From NCBI RefSeq assembly GCF_050920415.1, contig NZ_CP169309.1: a DNA stretch of 64,000 nucleotides; one strand, given 5' to 3'. The translations under genes and the position numbers were made by a program. Every line of letters starts with the position of its first letter. Within the stretch, counting starts at the first letter, position 1. Shown in pieces: positions 10,153 to 21,737 of the stretch. A model generated the notes under the pieces. The model made no database searches. It worked only from the letters and a program-made list of their open reading frames with translations, and was not told the DNA's origin. This DNA comes from Escherichia coli (GTDB lineage Bacteria > Pseudomonadota > Gammaproteobacteria > Enterobacterales > Enterobacteriaceae).

Positions 10153-11361
10153 ATGACGGAACAAGAAAAAACCTCCGCCGTGGTTGAAGAGACCAGGGAG
10201 GCCGTGGACACCACGTCACAACCTGTCGCAACAGAAAAAAAGAGCAAGAACAACACCGCATTGATTCTCAGCGCGGTGGCTATCGCTATTGCTCTGGCGG
10301 CGGGCGTCGGTTTGTATGGCTGGGGTAAACAACAGGCCGTCAATCAGACTGCCACCAGCGATGCCCTGGCTAACCAACTTACGGCACTGCAAAAAGCCCA
10401 GGAGAGCCAAAAAGCCGAGCTGGAAGGCATTATCAAGCAACAAGCTACGCAGCTTGAACAGGCGAATCGTCAGCAAGAAACGCTGGCAAAACAGCTGGAT
10501 GAAGTCCAACAAAAGGTCGCGACTATTTCCGGCAGCGATGCTAAAACCTGGCTGCTGGCTCAGGCTGATTTCCTGGTGAAACTCGCCGGACGGAAGCTGT
10601 GGAGCGATCAGGACGTCACGACCGCTGCAGCGTTGCTGAAAAGTGCAGATGCCAGCCTGGCGGATATGAATGACCCGAGTCTGATTACCGTTCGTCGGGC
10701 AATTACCGATGATATCGCCAGCCTTTCTGCGGTATCGCAGGTGGATTATGACGGCATCATCCTTAAGCTGAATCAGCTTTCTAATCAGGTAGATAACCTG
10801 CGTCTGGCCGATAATGACAGCGATGGTTCACCAATGGATTCCGACGGTGAAGAGCTTTCCAGTTCCCTCAGCGAATGGCGTATCAATCTACAAAAAAGCT
10901 GGCAGAACTTTATGGACAACTTCATTACGATTCGCCGTCGTGATGACACCGCCGTACCACTGTTAGCACCGAATCAGGATATCTATCTGCGCGAAAATAT
11001 TCGCTCCCGCCTGCTGGTCGCGGCACAAGCCGTACCGCGTCATCAGGAAGAGACTTATCGCCAGGCGCTGGAGAATGTCTCCACCTGGGTACGTGCTTAC
11101 TACGATACTGATGATGCCACCACCAAAGCGTTCCTCGACGAGGTGGACCAGTTAAGCCAGCAAAATATCTCGATGGATCTCCCGGAAACTCTGCAAAGCC
11201 AGGCGATGCTGGAAAAACTGATGCAGACGCGCGTGCGCAATCTGCTGGCGCAACCAGCAGCAGAGGCTAAACCTGCACCTGCACCTGCACCTGCACCTGC
11301 ACCTGCACCTGCACCTGCACCGCAAGCTGATACTCCGGCAGCCGCGCCGCAAGGAGAATAA
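10153..11361 (+). CDS. hemX: HemX (putative uroporphyrinogen-III C-methyltransferase-like inner-membrane protein) with C-terminal Pro-Ala repeat
   Basis: 402-aa [27 protein letters not shown]..., one TM segment, coiled-coil region, C-terminal [31 protein letters not shown]. Confidence 0.9.
   Translation: MTEQEKTSAVVEETREAVDTTSQPVATEKKSKNNTALILSAVAIAIALAAGVGLYGWGKQQAVNQTATSDALANQLTALQKAQESQKAELEGIIKQQATQLEQANRQQETLAKQLDEVQQKVATISGSDAKTWLLAQADFLVKLAGRKLWSDQDVTTAAALLKSADASLADMNDPSLITVRRAITDDIASLSAVSQVDYDGIILKLNQLSNQVDNLRLADNDSDGSPMDSDGEELSSSLSEWRINLQKSWQNFMDNFITIRRRDDTAVPLLAPNQDIYLRENIRSRLLVAAQAVPRHQEETYRQALENVSTWVRAYYDTDDATTKAFLDEVDQLSQQNISMDLPETLQSQAMLEKLMQTRVRNLLAQPAAEAKPAPAPAPAPAPAPAPAPQADTPAAAPQGE
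11275..11316 (+). repeat. Perfect tandem hexanucleotide repeat (GCACCT)x7 inside hemX, encoding (Ala-Pro)n
   Basis: Seven perfect gcacct units counted directly, flanked by imperfect units (aaacct upstream, gcaccg downstream). Confidence 0.95.
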
Positions 11362-11363
11362 CC

Positions 11364-12560
11364 ATGCTAAAAGTGTTATTGCTCTTTGTGTTGCTGATTG
11401 CGGGGATCGTGGTCGGCCCGATGATTGCCGGTCATCAGGGTTACGTGCTGATCCAGACCGATACCTACAATATCGAAACCAGCGTCACGGGCCTGGCGAT
11501 CATTTTGATTCTGGCGATGGTAGTGCTGTTTGCCATTGAGTGGCTACTGCGGCGGATCTTCCGCACAGGCGCACACACCCGTGGGTGGTTTATCGGACGT
11601 AAGCGTCGCCGTGCCCGTAAGCAGACCGAACAGGCGCTGCTGAAACTAGCGGAAGGCGATTATCAGCAAGTTGAAAAGCTGATGGCGAAAAATGCCGATC
11701 ACGCTGAACAACCGGTGGTGAACTATCTGCTGGCTGCCGAAGCCGCGCAACAACGCGGTGATGAAGCACGCGCCAACCAACATCTGGAACGCGCAGCGGA
11801 GCTGGCCGGCAACGACACAATTCCGGTAGAAATCACCCGTGTACGTCTGCAACTGGCCCGTAATGAAAACCATGCAGCACGTCACGGCGTTGATAAGCTG
11901 CTGGAAGTTACGCCACGCCATCCGGAAGTATTACGTCTGGCGGAACAGGCGTATATCCGCACTGGTGCATGGAGTTCGCTGCTGGATATCATCCCATCAA
12001 TGGCAAAAGCCCACGTTGGCGATGAAGAGCATCGTGCAATGCTGGAACAACAGGCATGGATTGGCCTGATGGATCAGGCGCGTGCCGATAACGGTAGCGA
12101 AGGTTTGCGTAACTGGTGGAAAAACCAAAGCCGGAAAACGCGTCATCAGGTGGCGTTACAGGTGGCAATGGCGGAACATCTTATTGAATGTGACGATCAT
12201 GATACTGCCCAGCAAATTATCATCGACGGCCTGAAACGCCAGTATGACGATCGCCTGCTGCTGCCGATCCCGCGTCTGAAAACCAATAACCCGGAACAGC
12301 TGGAAAAAGTGCTGCGCCAACAGATCAAAAACGTGGGCGATCGCCCGTTGTTGTGGAGCACACTGGGTCAGTCGCTGATGAAGCACGGAGAATGGCAGGA
12401 AGCATCGCTCGCCTTCCGCGCAGCGCTGAAACAACGTCCGGACGCCTACGATTACGCATGGCTTGCCGACGCGCTGGACAGACTGCACAAGCCGGAAGAA
12501 GCCGCAGCGATGCGTCGCGATGGCTTGATGTTAACGTTGCAGAACAACCCGCCACAGTAG
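11364..12560 (+). CDS. hemY: HemY (TPR-like protein of the hemCDXY operon)
   Basis: 398-aa ORF with two N-terminal TM helices (MLKVLLLFVLLIAGIVVGPMIAG...), immediately after hemX. Confidence 0.92.
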   Translation: MLKVLLLFVLLIAGIVVGPMIAGHQGYVLIQTDTYNIETSVTGLAIILILAMVVLFAIEWLLRRIFRTGAHTRGWFIGRKRRRARKQTEQALLKLAEGDYQQVEKLMAKNADHAEQPVVNYLLAAEAAQQRGDEARANQHLERAAELAGNDTIPVEITRVRLQLARNENHAARHGVDKLLEVTPRHPEVLRLAEQAYIRTGAWSSLLDIIPSMAKAHVGDEEHRAMLEQQAWIGLMDQARADNGSEGLRNWWKNQSRKTRHQVALQVAMAEHLIECDDHDTAQQIIIDGLKRQYDDRLLLPIPRLKTNNPEQLEKVLRQQIKNVGDRPLLWSTLGQSLMKHGEWQEASLAFRAALKQRPDAYDYAWLADALDRLHKPEEAAAMRRDGLMLTLQNNPPQ

Positions 12561-12607
12561 CTCTTTCTCACCCGGAGGCAAGCACCTCCGGGACCTTTCT
12601 GATATAT

Positions 12608-12814
12608 AAAAAAACGCCTGCTCTTATTACGGAGCAGGCGTTAAAACAGGTCTGTATGACAACAAGTGGGTGCTTCACTCAACGTTGTGTCCATGGTGTC
12701 TGATGAGGCATAAGCGACATCTGTCAGTGGACGATAAGCACCGTAAACGGCTCTGCGTCATTCCGGAGTTTATGAGGCACTAAGGCGAACATAAGAGATG
12801 GAATGAGCATCTAC
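12608..12814 (-). ncRNA. glmZ: Small regulatory RNA GlmZ (activator of glmS translation)
   Basis: Reverse strand reads GUAGAUGCUCAUUCCAUCUCUUAUGUUCGCCUUAGUGCCUCAUAAACUCCGG... and ends in terminator AACGCCUGCUCCGUAAUAAGAGCAGGCGUU + U7; matches GlmZ as I recall it; located between hemY and aslA as in K-12. Confidence 0.85.
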
Positions 12815-13238
12815 TCGTTTATTATGCCACAGAGAACCGTGAAATAACATCCCTTAACACTTGTTATGAGATAATTCTGTAATCCTCTTTGCTTCCTGAG
12901 TAATAACTTCCTGAGTGAATATTTCTCCTGCGCACGATTCTACACATATATATAATGAATAATAAAAGTCATTCAATTAATAACATATATATTAATTGCC
13001 GTTAAAACTAAAAACAGCATCAATAATCAACGCGATATAACATCACCGCCTTACATATCACCTGCGCCAGAGGTAGGATTGAAAACGCTCTCCTGATTTT
13101 CCAATTCATTATCTGTATAAATAAATAATTTATTTTCATCACTATTATTTATGCAATCATCCTGTCAGGGAGAGGGATCTCAATTATCAATGCTTAATTA
13201 CGTCAACATTTTGACGACATGAAACCGGAGCATTTTGC

Positions 13239-14894
13239 ATGGAATTTTCGTTTTCACCCAAACTTCTTGTTGTGGCTGTCGCCGCCGCTCTTCCACTCAT
13301 GGCCAGCGCAGCAGATACCCCGTCAACCGCCACCGCACGCAAAGGCTTTGCCGGATACGATCACCCAAACCAGTATCTGGTTAAACCGGCGACCACTATT
13401 GCCGACAACATGATGCCGGTGATGCAGCATCCTGCACAAGACAAAGAAACCCAGCAGAAGCTGGCAGAACTTGAGAAAAAAACCGGTAAGAAACCGAACG
13501 TGGTTGTTTTCTTGCTGGATGATGTGGGCTGGATGGATGTTGGCTTTAACGGCGGTGGCGTGGCGGTGGGTAACCCTACACCAGATATCGACGCCGTTGC
13601 CAGCCAGGGGCTGATTTTAACTTCGGCGTATTCTCAACCGAGTTCTTCCCCAACCCGCGCCACGATTCTCACCGGACAATACTCCATCCACCACGGCATT
13701 CTGATGCCGCCAATGTACGGGCAGCCGGGCGGTCTGCAAGGGTTAACCACGCTGCCACAGTTGCTGCACGATCAGGGCTACGTCACCCAGGCTATCGGGA
13801 AATGGCATATGGGGGAAAACAAAGAGTCGCAGCCGCAGAACGTTGGCTTTGATGATTTCCGCGGCTTTAACTCGGTATCTGATATGTATACCGAATGGCG
13901 TGATGTTCATGTCAACCCGGAAGTCGCCCTGAGCCCGGATCGTTCTGAATACATCCAAAAACTGCCGTTCAGCAAAGATGACGTTCATGCCGTGCGCGGC
14001 GGTGAACAGGAAGCCATTGCCGACATTACGCCGAAATATATGGAAGATCTGGATCAACGCTGGATGGAATATGGCGTTAAGTTCCTCGACAAGATGGCAA
14101 AGAGCGATAAGCCATTCTTCCTCTACTATGGCACTCGCGGCTGTCACTTCGATAACTACCCGAACGCCAAATATGCGGGTAGCTCTCCGGCGCGCACCTC
14201 TTACGGCGACTGCATGGTGGAGATGAACGATATCTTCGCCAATCTGTATAAAGCACTGGAGAAAAACGGTCAGCTTGATAACACGCTGATTGTGTTCACC
14301 TCTGATAACGGTCCGGAAGCTGAAGTTCCGCCGCACGGTCGCACGCCGTTCCGCGGTGCGAAAGGTTCTACATGGGAAGGCGGCGTTCGTGTGCCAACCT
14401 TCGTTTACTGGAAAGGGATGATCCAACCGCGTAAATCTGACGGTATTGTCGATCTGGCGGATCTCTTCCCTACGGCGCTGGATCTGGCAGGACATCCTGG
14501 AGCGAAAGTGGCGAATTTAGTGCCGAAAACCACCTTTATTGATGGTGTGGACCAGACATCTTTCTTCCTGGGAACAAATGGTCAGTCTAACCGTAAGGCC
14601 GAGCACTACTTCCTCAACGGCAAACTTTCTGCTGTGCGTATGGATGAGTTTAAATATCACGTACTCATCCAACAGCCATACGCTTATACCCAGAGCGGGT
14701 ATCAGGGTGGATTCACCGGCACAGTAATGCAAACGGCGGGATCGTCGGTGTTTAACCTGTACACCGATCCGCAGGAAAGCGACTCTATCGGCGTGCGCCA
14801 TATCCCAATGGGTGTACCGCTACAGACCGAAATGCACGCGTATATGGAGATCCTGAAAAAATATCCGCCGCGCGCGCAGATTAAATCTGATTAA
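13239..14894 (+). CDS. aslA: Arylsulfatase AslA (sulfatase family, periplasmic)
   Basis: 551-aa ORF with signal peptide and sulfatase signature C-H-F / [12 protein letters not shown] context. Confidence 0.92.
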   Translation: MEFSFSPKLLVVAVAAALPLMASAADTPSTATARKGFAGYDHPNQYLVKPATTIADNMMPVMQHPAQDKETQQKLAELEKKTGKKPNVVVFLLDDVGWMDVGFNGGGVAVGNPTPDIDAVASQGLILTSAYSQPSSSPTRATILTGQYSIHHGILMPPMYGQPGGLQGLTTLPQLLHDQGYVTQAIGKWHMGENKESQPQNVGFDDFRGFNSVSDMYTEWRDVHVNPEVALSPDRSEYIQKLPFSKDDVHAVRGGEQEAIADITPKYMEDLDQRWMEYGVKFLDKMAKSDKPFFLYYGTRGCHFDNYPNAKYAGSSPARTSYGDCMVEMNDIFANLYKALEKNGQLDNTLIVFTSDNGPEAEVPPHGRTPFRGAKGSTWEGGVRVPTFVYWKGMIQPRKSDGIVDLADLFPTALDLAGHPGAKVANLVPKTTFIDGVDQTSFFLGTNGQSNRKAEHYFLNGKLSAVRMDEFKYHVLIQQPYAYTQSGYQGGFTGTVMQTAGSSVFNLYTDPQESDSIGVRHIPMGVPLQTEMHAYMEILKKYPPRAQIKSD

Positions 14895-14930
14895 GCCGGC
14901 GCTATCGCTACATCGGGCCACACTGACCTT

Positions 14931-15034
14931 GCCGGATGCGGCGTGAACGCCTTATCCGGCCTACAAGCCTTGCAAATTCAATAAATTGCAGCGTCCTGTA
15001 GGCCGGATAAGATGCGTCAGCATCGCATCCGGCA
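14931..15034. repeat. Pair of inverted REP (repetitive extragenic palindromic) elements forming a BIME between convergent aslA and aslB
   Basis: gccggatgcggcgtgaacgccttatccggcctaca (14931-14965) and inverted copy tgtaggccggataagatgcgtcagcatcgcatccggca (14997-15034). Confidence 0.85.
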
Positions 15035-15068
15035 ATCAACCGCAGGCGGCCACAAAATGGCTGCTTTT

Positions 15069-16304
15069 TTACTTATTCACCACCATCAAATGCGCCTGCA
15101 TAATGTCGCTGGCCGGGCGACCGTGCGCCAGCAAATCAGCCATTGCTTTAAGATATGGCGGTAGATAGCGGAAATAACGCTGATACCCGGCACACAAATA
15201 ATTCAGCCCCGGCTTACCGCTGGCATCGAGCATAAAGCGATGTTTCGGGCAGCCTCCCCAACATGCTTTTAACACGTTACAACTGCGACACTGCGCCGGT
15301 AACAGCTTAAATTTATCTTCTCCAAACACCTGCTGCTGCGGGGAATCTACCATTTCTGCAATTGTTTGCTGAAGCATATTCCCCAGTCGATATTGCGGAT
15401 AAACATAGTGATCGCAGGCGTAAACGTCGCCGTTGTGTTCGACAATCACCGAGCGTCCACAAGTCGGCTGATGATGGCAAACCGCACCCGGCGCACCGAC
15501 AAAATTGGCAAACGCCCATTCGATATTCATCACGAAAATCTTGCCGACGTCACGTTTGATCCAGTGGTCAAAAATTGCCACCAGAAACTCACCGAACTCA
15601 TCGGGGCGCACCGACCATTCTGTCAGTTCCCCCTGAATATCACCAGGCGCATGTAATTTCAGTCCATTGCGGGCAGCTGTTTCATCAGCCAGGCGCTCCA
15701 CCACCGGAATAAACTGGATAAACTCAACGCCTGCATTGCACAAAAAATCATAAACCTGTAACGGTTGCTGCGCGCTGGTGCGGTTGACACAGACCAGCAC
15801 GTTATAGTCGACATGATGTTTTTGCAGGAGCGTCAGGGCACGCATCACCAGCTTATGCGTGGGTCTGCCACCTTTGGTCACGCGATAATGATTGTGGATC
15901 TCAGCCGGACCGTCCAGCGATAACCCAACCAGAAAATGATTTTCTGCCAGAAATGCACACCATTCATCATCGAGCAGCACACCGTTAGTCTGAAAGCTGT
16001 TACTTATCTTCCTGCCAGCACCATATTTCGCCTGTAGCGCCACGGCACGTCGGTAAAAATCCAGCCCGAGTAACGTTGGTTCGCCGCCCTGCCAGGTAAA
16101 AGCCACTTCGTTTTGGGGTTCGCTGGCGGCGATATAGTGACGGACATACGCTTCCAGCGTGTCATCGTCCATATGCGCAACTGGCTTTTCGCGGTAAAGG
16201 GATTGTTTTTCGAGATAAAAACAGTAGTCACAGTTCAGATTACAATCGGAACCGCTTGGTTTCGCCATCACATGAAAAGCACGCGTTGGAACCTGTTGCA
16301 GCAT
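15069..16304 (-). CDS. aslB: Anaerobic sulfatase-maturating enzyme homologue AslB (radical SAM)
   Basis: ORF with CNLNCDYC radical-SAM cysteine motif; start set at MLQQVPTRAF... (411 aa); the ORF track extends 10 codons further upstream. Confidence 0.9.
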   Translation of the reverse strand: MLQQVPTRAFHVMAKPSGSDCNLNCDYCFYLEKQSLYREKPVAHMDDDTLEAYVRHYIAASEPQNEVAFTWQGGEPTLLGLDFYRRAVALQAKYGAGRKISNSFQTNGVLLDDEWCAFLAENHFLVGLSLDGPAEIHNHYRVTKGGRPTHKLVMRALTLLQKHHVDYNVLVCVNRTSAQQPLQVYDFLCNAGVEFIQFIPVVERLADETAARNGLKLHAPGDIQGELTEWSVRPDEFGEFLVAIFDHWIKRDVGKIFVMNIEWAFANFVGAPGAVCHHQPTCGRSVIVEHNGDVYACDHYVYPQYRLGNMLQQTIAEMVDSPQQQVFGEDKFKLLPAQCRSCNVLKACWGGCPKHRFMLDASGKPGLNYLCAGYQRYFRYLPPYLKAMADLLAHGRPASDIMQAHLMVVNK

Positions 16305-16424
16305 GGTCGCTCCTTGCCCGAAGTCATCCTTCAATACGTTAAGGGCGAAATCATACCGTGTAGCAATGAGTGATTACGGGCGTTTATTGCGAAGGGAGAG
16401 TGATGAAATGCACAGAAAACAAAA

Positions 16425-16449
16425 AACCCCGCCGAAGCGGGGTTCAAAA
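16425..16449 (-). terminator. Rho-independent terminator of the argX-hisR-leuT-proM tRNA operon
   Basis: Reverse strand: CCCCGCUUCGGCGGGG stem-loop followed by UUUUUUGUUUU, directly after the proM 3' end. Confidence 0.8.
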
Positions 16450-16450
16450 T

Positions 16451-16527
16451 TGGTCGGCGAGAGAGGATTCGAACCTCCGACCCACTGGTCCCAAACCAGT
16501 TGCGCTACCAAGCTGCGCTACTCGCCG
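16451..16527 (-). tRNA. proM: tRNA-Pro (CGG)
   Basis: Reverse complement gives CGGCGAGUAGCGCAGCUUGGUAGCGCAACUGGUUUGGGACCAGUGGGUCGGAGGUUCGAAUCCUCUCUCGCCGACCA. Confidence 0.95.
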
Positions 16528-16569
16528 AAATACTGCTTTTTGAATTTTTAGTTCAATTCTTTAAAGTCG

Positions 16570-16656
16570 TGGTGCGAGGGGGGGGACTTGAACCCCCACG
16601 TCCGTAAGGACACTAACACCTGAAGCTAGCGCGTCTACCAATTCCGCCACCTTCGC
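16570..16656 (-). tRNA. leuT: tRNA-Leu (CAG)
   Basis: Reverse complement gives GCGAAGGUGGCGGAAUUGGUAGACGCGCUAGCUUCAGGUGUUAGUGUCCUUACGGACGUGGGGGUUCAAGUCCCCCCCCUCGCACCA (long variable arm). Confidence 0.95.
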
Positions 16657-16676
16657 ATTGTCACAACTTCTAATAA

Positions 16677-16753
16677 TGGGGTGGCTAATGGGATTCGAAC
16701 CCACGACAACTGGAATCACAATCCAGGGCTCTACCAACTGAGCTATAGCCACC
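16677..16753 (-). tRNA. hisR: tRNA-His (GUG)
   Basis: Reverse complement gives GUGGCUAUAGCUCAGUUGGUAGAGCCCUGGAUUGUGAUUCCAGUUGUCGUGGGUUCGAAUCCCAUUAGCCACCCCA; ends approximate to +/-1 nt. Confidence 0.93.
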
Positions 16754-16810
16754 ACTACAAATCTTGTTACGCGGTATTACTACCACCGCAGCTCAAGCGC
16801 CGGGACTAAA

Positions 16811-16887
<77 letters not shown>

Positions 16888-16989
16888 TTAGCGCCGTTGC
16901 GGGGGTGGATAATACGGACTTCCCACCCCTCTGTCTAGTCCCTTTTTAAATAAATTGCGCGTTTGGTTACGGTTTGTGCGTTTTGCTGC

Positions 16990-18375
16990 TTATTCCTCCA
17001 GTTTATGCGCTTTACCGTGGCGATTAAGCCCAAAAACTTTATAAATTGCCGTCACCGCCAGCATAAAGATGATGCCGACAAACAGCGACATACGCGTATC
17101 TTCATTAAAGTACATGCCGATCAAAACGCAAATCAGGAATGCCATTGTTACGTAGTTGGCCCACGGGAACAGGATTGAGCGGAACGGATGGCTGGCAATC
17201 GCCGCTTTATGCGCACGACGAAAACGCAGCTGGCTTATCAATATCACAAACCATGGCACCATCCCCGGAAGCACGCTGGCACTGTAGACATAGACAAACA
17301 CACGCTGTGGATTGGGAATGATGTAGTTCAGGCATGAGCCAATTAACAGAATAGCAATTGATACCGCCACGCCTGCAACCGGAACACCTTGACGGGAAAC
17401 TTTCGCCATTGCCGCCGGTAACTGACGGTTTTTCGCCAGTGCGTAGAGCATACGTCCACAACTGTACATGCCGCTGTTACAGCCAGAGAGCGCAGCCGTC
17501 AGTACCACAAAGTTGATAATACCCGCCGCTGCGGTAATGCCGATTTTGGCGAAAGTCAGTACGAACGGGCTGCCGTTACTGCCTATTTCATTCCACGGGA
17601 AGATGGTGACGATAACGAAAATCGCGCCTACGTAGAAAATCAGGATACGCCACAACACCTTGCCTACGGCACTGCGCAGCGTCACCTGCGGATTCTTCGC
17701 TTCACCGGCAGTAATGCCAATCAGCTCCACGCCCTGGTAGGACGCCACCACAATACACAATGCGGTCAGGAACCCTTTCCAGCCACCCGCAAAGAAACCG
17801 CCATGCTCTGTGAGATTGCTAAAACCAATCGACTGCCCGCCATTGCCAAAACCAAAGAAAATTACGCCCAGGCCAATGACAATCATCACGATAATCGTGG
17901 TGACTTTGATCATCGCGAACCAGAACTCGATTTCGCCGTACAACCGCACTGCCGCCAGATTCGCCAACGCCACCAGCGCCACCGCGATCAATGCGGGTAT
18001 CCACTGCGCCATCTCCGGGAACCAGAACTGGACATAAACGCCAATGGCGGTGATTTCTGAGATCCCCACCGCCATCCACATAAACCAGTAAGACCAGGCG
18101 GTGAGATAGCCAAAAAACGGGCTCATATAACGATGCGCATAAACGGCGAACGAACCGGTAACCGGTTCGAGGAACAACATTTCGCCCATTGAACGCATGA
18201 TGAAAAAGACGAACAGCCCGGCGATGATATAGGCCAACAATACGGATGGCCCGGCCCATTTCAGGGTACTGGCGGCCCCCATAAACAGGCCGACGCCAAT
18301 GGTGCCCCCCAGGGCGATGAGTTCGATATGTCGAGCTTCCAGCCCACGCTGTAGCTCTGGTTTGTTATCTGCCAT
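16990..18375 (-). CDS. yifK: APC-family amino acid permease YifK
   Basis: 461-aa polytopic membrane ORF ([33 protein letters not shown]...), adjacent to the tRNA operon as in K-12. Confidence 0.92.
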   Translation of the reverse strand: MADNKPELQRGLEARHIELIALGGTIGVGLFMGAASTLKWAGPSVLLAYIIAGLFVFFIMRSMGEMLFLEPVTGSFAVYAHRYMSPFFGYLTAWSYWFMWMAVGISEITAIGVYVQFWFPEMAQWIPALIAVALVALANLAAVRLYGEIEFWFAMIKVTTIIVMIVIGLGVIFFGFGNGGQSIGFSNLTEHGGFFAGGWKGFLTALCIVVASYQGVELIGITAGEAKNPQVTLRSAVGKVLWRILIFYVGAIFVIVTIFPWNEIGSNGSPFVLTFAKIGITAAAGIINFVVLTAALSGCNSGMYSCGRMLYALAKNRQLPAAMAKVSRQGVPVAGVAVSIAILLIGSCLNYIIPNPQRVFVYVYSASVLPGMVPWFVILISQLRFRRAHKAAIASHPFRSILFPWANYVTMAFLICVLIGMYFNEDTRMSLFVGIIFMLAVTAIYKVFGLNRHGKAHKLEE

Positions 18376-18565
18376 AAATCCTCGTGTTGTGTTTGCATGC
18401 TTTCCGGTGTTACCGGTTATCGTTATGGGTACATCGAGTGTTGCGAATGTTTTCGTAATTCAGGAGAAATGGCAAATAAAGCATTAAAAATTTGAATGCT
18501 TTGTGTAATAAAAAGACAGGCAGGCGACGAAGTGACCACTCCGTCGCTTTACAGAGAGAGGAAAA

Positions 18566-19306
18566 TCAGAGGTTGCCGGTGTAATGCCAGCGTAAATAAC
18601 GCAGCAAACGAAGCTGACGCTTAATGCGGCTCGGCTGCGAAAGCAGGCGGTAGAGCCACTCCAGCCCCAGCGTTTGCCAGATTTTCGGTGCGCGTTTCAC
18701 GTGACCGGTGAAAACATCGTAAGTCCCGCCAACGCCCATATACAGCGCTTCTGGATGCACCAGACGGCAGTCGCGCATGAAGATCTCCTGCTTTGGCGAT
18801 CCCATCGCGACGGTGACGATTTGCGCTCCGCTGGCATGAATGCGTTCAAACAGCGCCTGACGCTGCTCGGGTTTAAAATAACCATCCTGACTGCCAACGA
18901 TATTCACATTCCACTGATTGCGCAGTTTAGCTTCAGTTTGCGCCAGCACTTCAGGTTTACCGCCCACAAGAAATACCGGCGTCCCTTCTTTGCCTGCGCG
19001 CGCCATCAGCTCTTCCCAGAGATCGGCCCCGGCAACGCGGGAAACCTGCGCCTGCGGGTACTTTTTACGTACTGAACGTACAACGCTGATGCCATCAGCA
19101 TATTTAAATTCGGCAGCATTAATTAACTCCCTGACCTCGGCGTTATCTTCAATGGTCAGCATTTTTTCGGCATTAATGGCAACCAGCGTTCCCTGCTTAA
19201 GCTGCCCGTCAGCAAACAGATAATCGAGGGCGTGCTGCATATCACGCCAACCAATCAACTGTAAGCCACGCAGCGTATAGGTCGGTGCTGTGGTGTTGTT
19301 ATTCAT
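18566..19306 (-). CDS. wecG: UDP-ManNAcA transferase WecG (RffM), ECA biosynthesis
   Basis: 246-aa ORF, last gene of the wec cluster; WecB/TagA/CpsF glycosyltransferase family by sequence and context. Confidence 0.9.
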   Translation of the reverse strand: MNNNTTAPTYTLRGLQLIGWRDMQHALDYLFADGQLKQGTLVAINAEKMLTIEDNAEVRELINAAEFKYADGISVVRSVRKKYPQAQVSRVAGADLWEELMARAGKEGTPVFLVGGKPEVLAQTEAKLRNQWNVNIVGSQDGYFKPEQRQALFERIHASGAQIVTVAMGSPKQEIFMRDCRLVHPEALYMGVGGTYDVFTGHVKRAPKIWQTLGLEWLYRLLSQPSRIKRQLRLLRYLRWHYTGNL

Positions 19307-19308
19307 TG

Positions 19309-20661
19309 TTATCCTTCAACCTGCGTCCGGAGCGATGATTTTGTACGTTTATGAATGAGTCCGGCGCTTTCAAAAAGCCAGTACAACAGTTTTGCGATCA
19401 TCAGACATGCGCCGAAGACCACGATAAAAAAGACCACGCGTGAGACAAACGAATCCAGCCCTTCACGCGCCAGCACGATCATATTGAAGATCGCCCCGAA
19501 GCAGAAACTGTGCAATATCGCAGCCTTATAGCGATTAGTTTCGCGATTGCCCAGTTCATACAGCCAGTCGAACCATTTGATGATCAGTCCAACCACAATC
19601 GCCCCGAGCGGGATGAACAACGCGCCGCCCATAACAACCAGTGAGCCTATAAGAGTAGGCGAGATCGCCAGCCCGGAGTGGTTATTCAGCACTTCCCAGG
19701 TAAAGTAGTTGGCGGAGTTCAGTACCATACTCGGGCGACCCGGCCACAGCCAGGAAGGGATAAAGACATAGAAATCGCGGACAATGGGAGCCAGGCCCTG
19801 GAAGTCGATGTTGTCGTAGTTCTGCAACAGCAATGCCAGATTCTCCCACGGCGAAAAGGTATCGCGGGTGAGATAGAGAAACGTATAGAACGCTTCATCG
19901 CCGCTCACATTCATTCCATAGCGTTTTAGCGCCAGCCAGAACATGCCCACAATCCCCAGCACGCCCGCCGCCGCCAGCATCCACAACGAAATCCAGCCGC
20001 GAATAATGCCAATAAACAGGAAGATAGCGAATGCGATGATGATATTGGCGCGAGTGCCGCCGACAATCATATAAGTCAGCAAGCCAAAGGCGACCGTGCT
20101 GACGAGGAAAAACAGCCACGCTTTGCTGTCCTGGCGCAGAAAATAAACCACCAGCATCGCCGGGATGAAAAAGTAAAAGAAACGTTTTAACGCCACGCCG
20201 GAGACTTCACTGGAGAAGATCTGACTGTAGGAGTTAAGACGGAACAGCAAAAAACCGTTGTGCATGAAGAAGATGCCGACGCTTACCAACGCAATGCCCA
20301 TCAGGATCACCCACGTGAGATTGGTCTCCACGCGGTTCATGGTAAACAGCGGACGGCGCGGTACATCAGCAACGCGTTTGCGTAGGCGGGTTTTGTAGGT
20401 GACATAGTAAACCGCGTAGAAGCAGCCCGCAGAAAGCAACGCCTGCAACAAGATTTCTGGCGGCGCAACACCAACATCAAAGCGAAATACCAGCACGCTG
20501 GTCAGCGGAAAGCCGAAGAAAAAGGTGAGCAAAAACAGCAATGAAAAGAAGACATTGAAGTTAAAGCGCACACGGCGAAACTCAAACCAGGTCAGCGTGG
20601 CAATAAACAGCGTGCAGAGCAGCCAGACAACAAACAGGCCACTGAATTGCAGCAGACTCAT
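19309..20661 (-). CDS. wzyE: ECA polymerase WzyE
   Basis: 450-aa polytopic membrane ORF between wecF and wecG. Confidence 0.9.
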
Positions 20662-21737
20662 GCGACCTCCCCGGCGGCAATCGCCAATGCCCGCTGCCAG
20701 CCTTGCAGATAGTTCGGGCTAAAGAAGGCAATGGTGTTTTTATCCACCGACGCCAACTGGCGCTGCGCTTCACGCACAATATCCTCGTTGAGATCGTCGG
20801 TAGTAAACAGCACCGGCAAATGCTGTTCCGTCATATCCTGCCAGAACGGATTTTCCCGGTTAAGCACACAAGGAATACCCGCCTGAATCAGTAAGCACAG
20901 CGTACCAATGCCCTGCTGGCGGGCAAAAATAAAGTAACCGAGATCGCACTGACGAAGTAGCGCCAGATAGGCATCAAATTCCAGTTTTTCGCTCAGAACT
21001 TGCAGATTTTCTTCGCTGAATAACGCCAGCCCCGCCTGGCGAACTTCATTGATATATGCATCGTTATTGGGTGGATATCCCATAGGCACCACGACTTTTA
21101 CCGTATCGCCAAATTGCTGATGAACGGCGCGTAAGGCGGCGACATGCTCATTGCTGCGGTCACCGGAGTTCCCCACCAGAATGGTCATTTTCCCTTCACG
21201 TAGGCGATCGTTCGCCATCGTATTGAGAGAAGGGTCCATCCGCGTCGGGAAGTACAGCAGTTCGCCCCGCACCTTTGGATGCGTTTTGGCAAAAAAACTC
21301 AAATCACCGCGGGTGGCAAATACACAGCCGACTCGCTTTTGCGCCAGACGGCGCAGCGGATAAAAAAGCTTATATCTCAAGCCACTGGAAAGCTCATACA
21401 GGTCTGCCCCCCAGATATGCCAGAAAAACTGGCTGGGCTTAATGCCACCACTCAGCAGAGCCAGCCACAGTTTGGGATTGAACTGACCGTGGAAAAAAAA
21501 TCGCTGCTGACGGTTAGCTTTTGCTTTCGCGATGACCGCTTCCGCCAGCGATTTTTTCCCAGGGAAAAATTGCACAGAAAGCGCCGGACAGCTATCACTT
21601 AAGCCGTCGTCCTTGCCAACAACCATAAACTCGCGCGCGTGCTCGCTCGTCGCGGCCAGCGCGTCGTTGAAAAACCGCAGAACGGTTTGGTTATGGTGAG
21701 GGATATCCGATCCCAGTACGTGAATCAGTACAGTCAT
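20658..21737 (-). CDS. wecF: TDP-Fuc4NAc:lipid II Fuc4NAc transferase WecF (RffT)
   Basis: 359-aa ORF, 4-nt overlaps with neighbours in the wec operon. Confidence 0.9.

Noticed and set aside
11269-11322. Possible CRISPR array suggested by short tandem repeats
   Set aside because: Units are 6 bp, contiguous, without spacers, and in frame inside hemX; a coding microsatellite, not CRISPR. No CRISPR-like repeat-spacer structure was seen anywhere in the window.
11152-11352. 66-aa ORF with CRCRCRCR repeat on the minus strand
   Set aside because: Artefact of reading the hemX (GCACCT)n repeat on the opposite strand.
18376-18565. Imperfect hairpin gcgacg-N12-cgtcgc downstream of wecG as a possible terminator or regulatory RNA
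   Set aside because: Loop is long and there is no adjacent U-run on the transcribed strand; more likely part of the yifK promoter region than a defined element.
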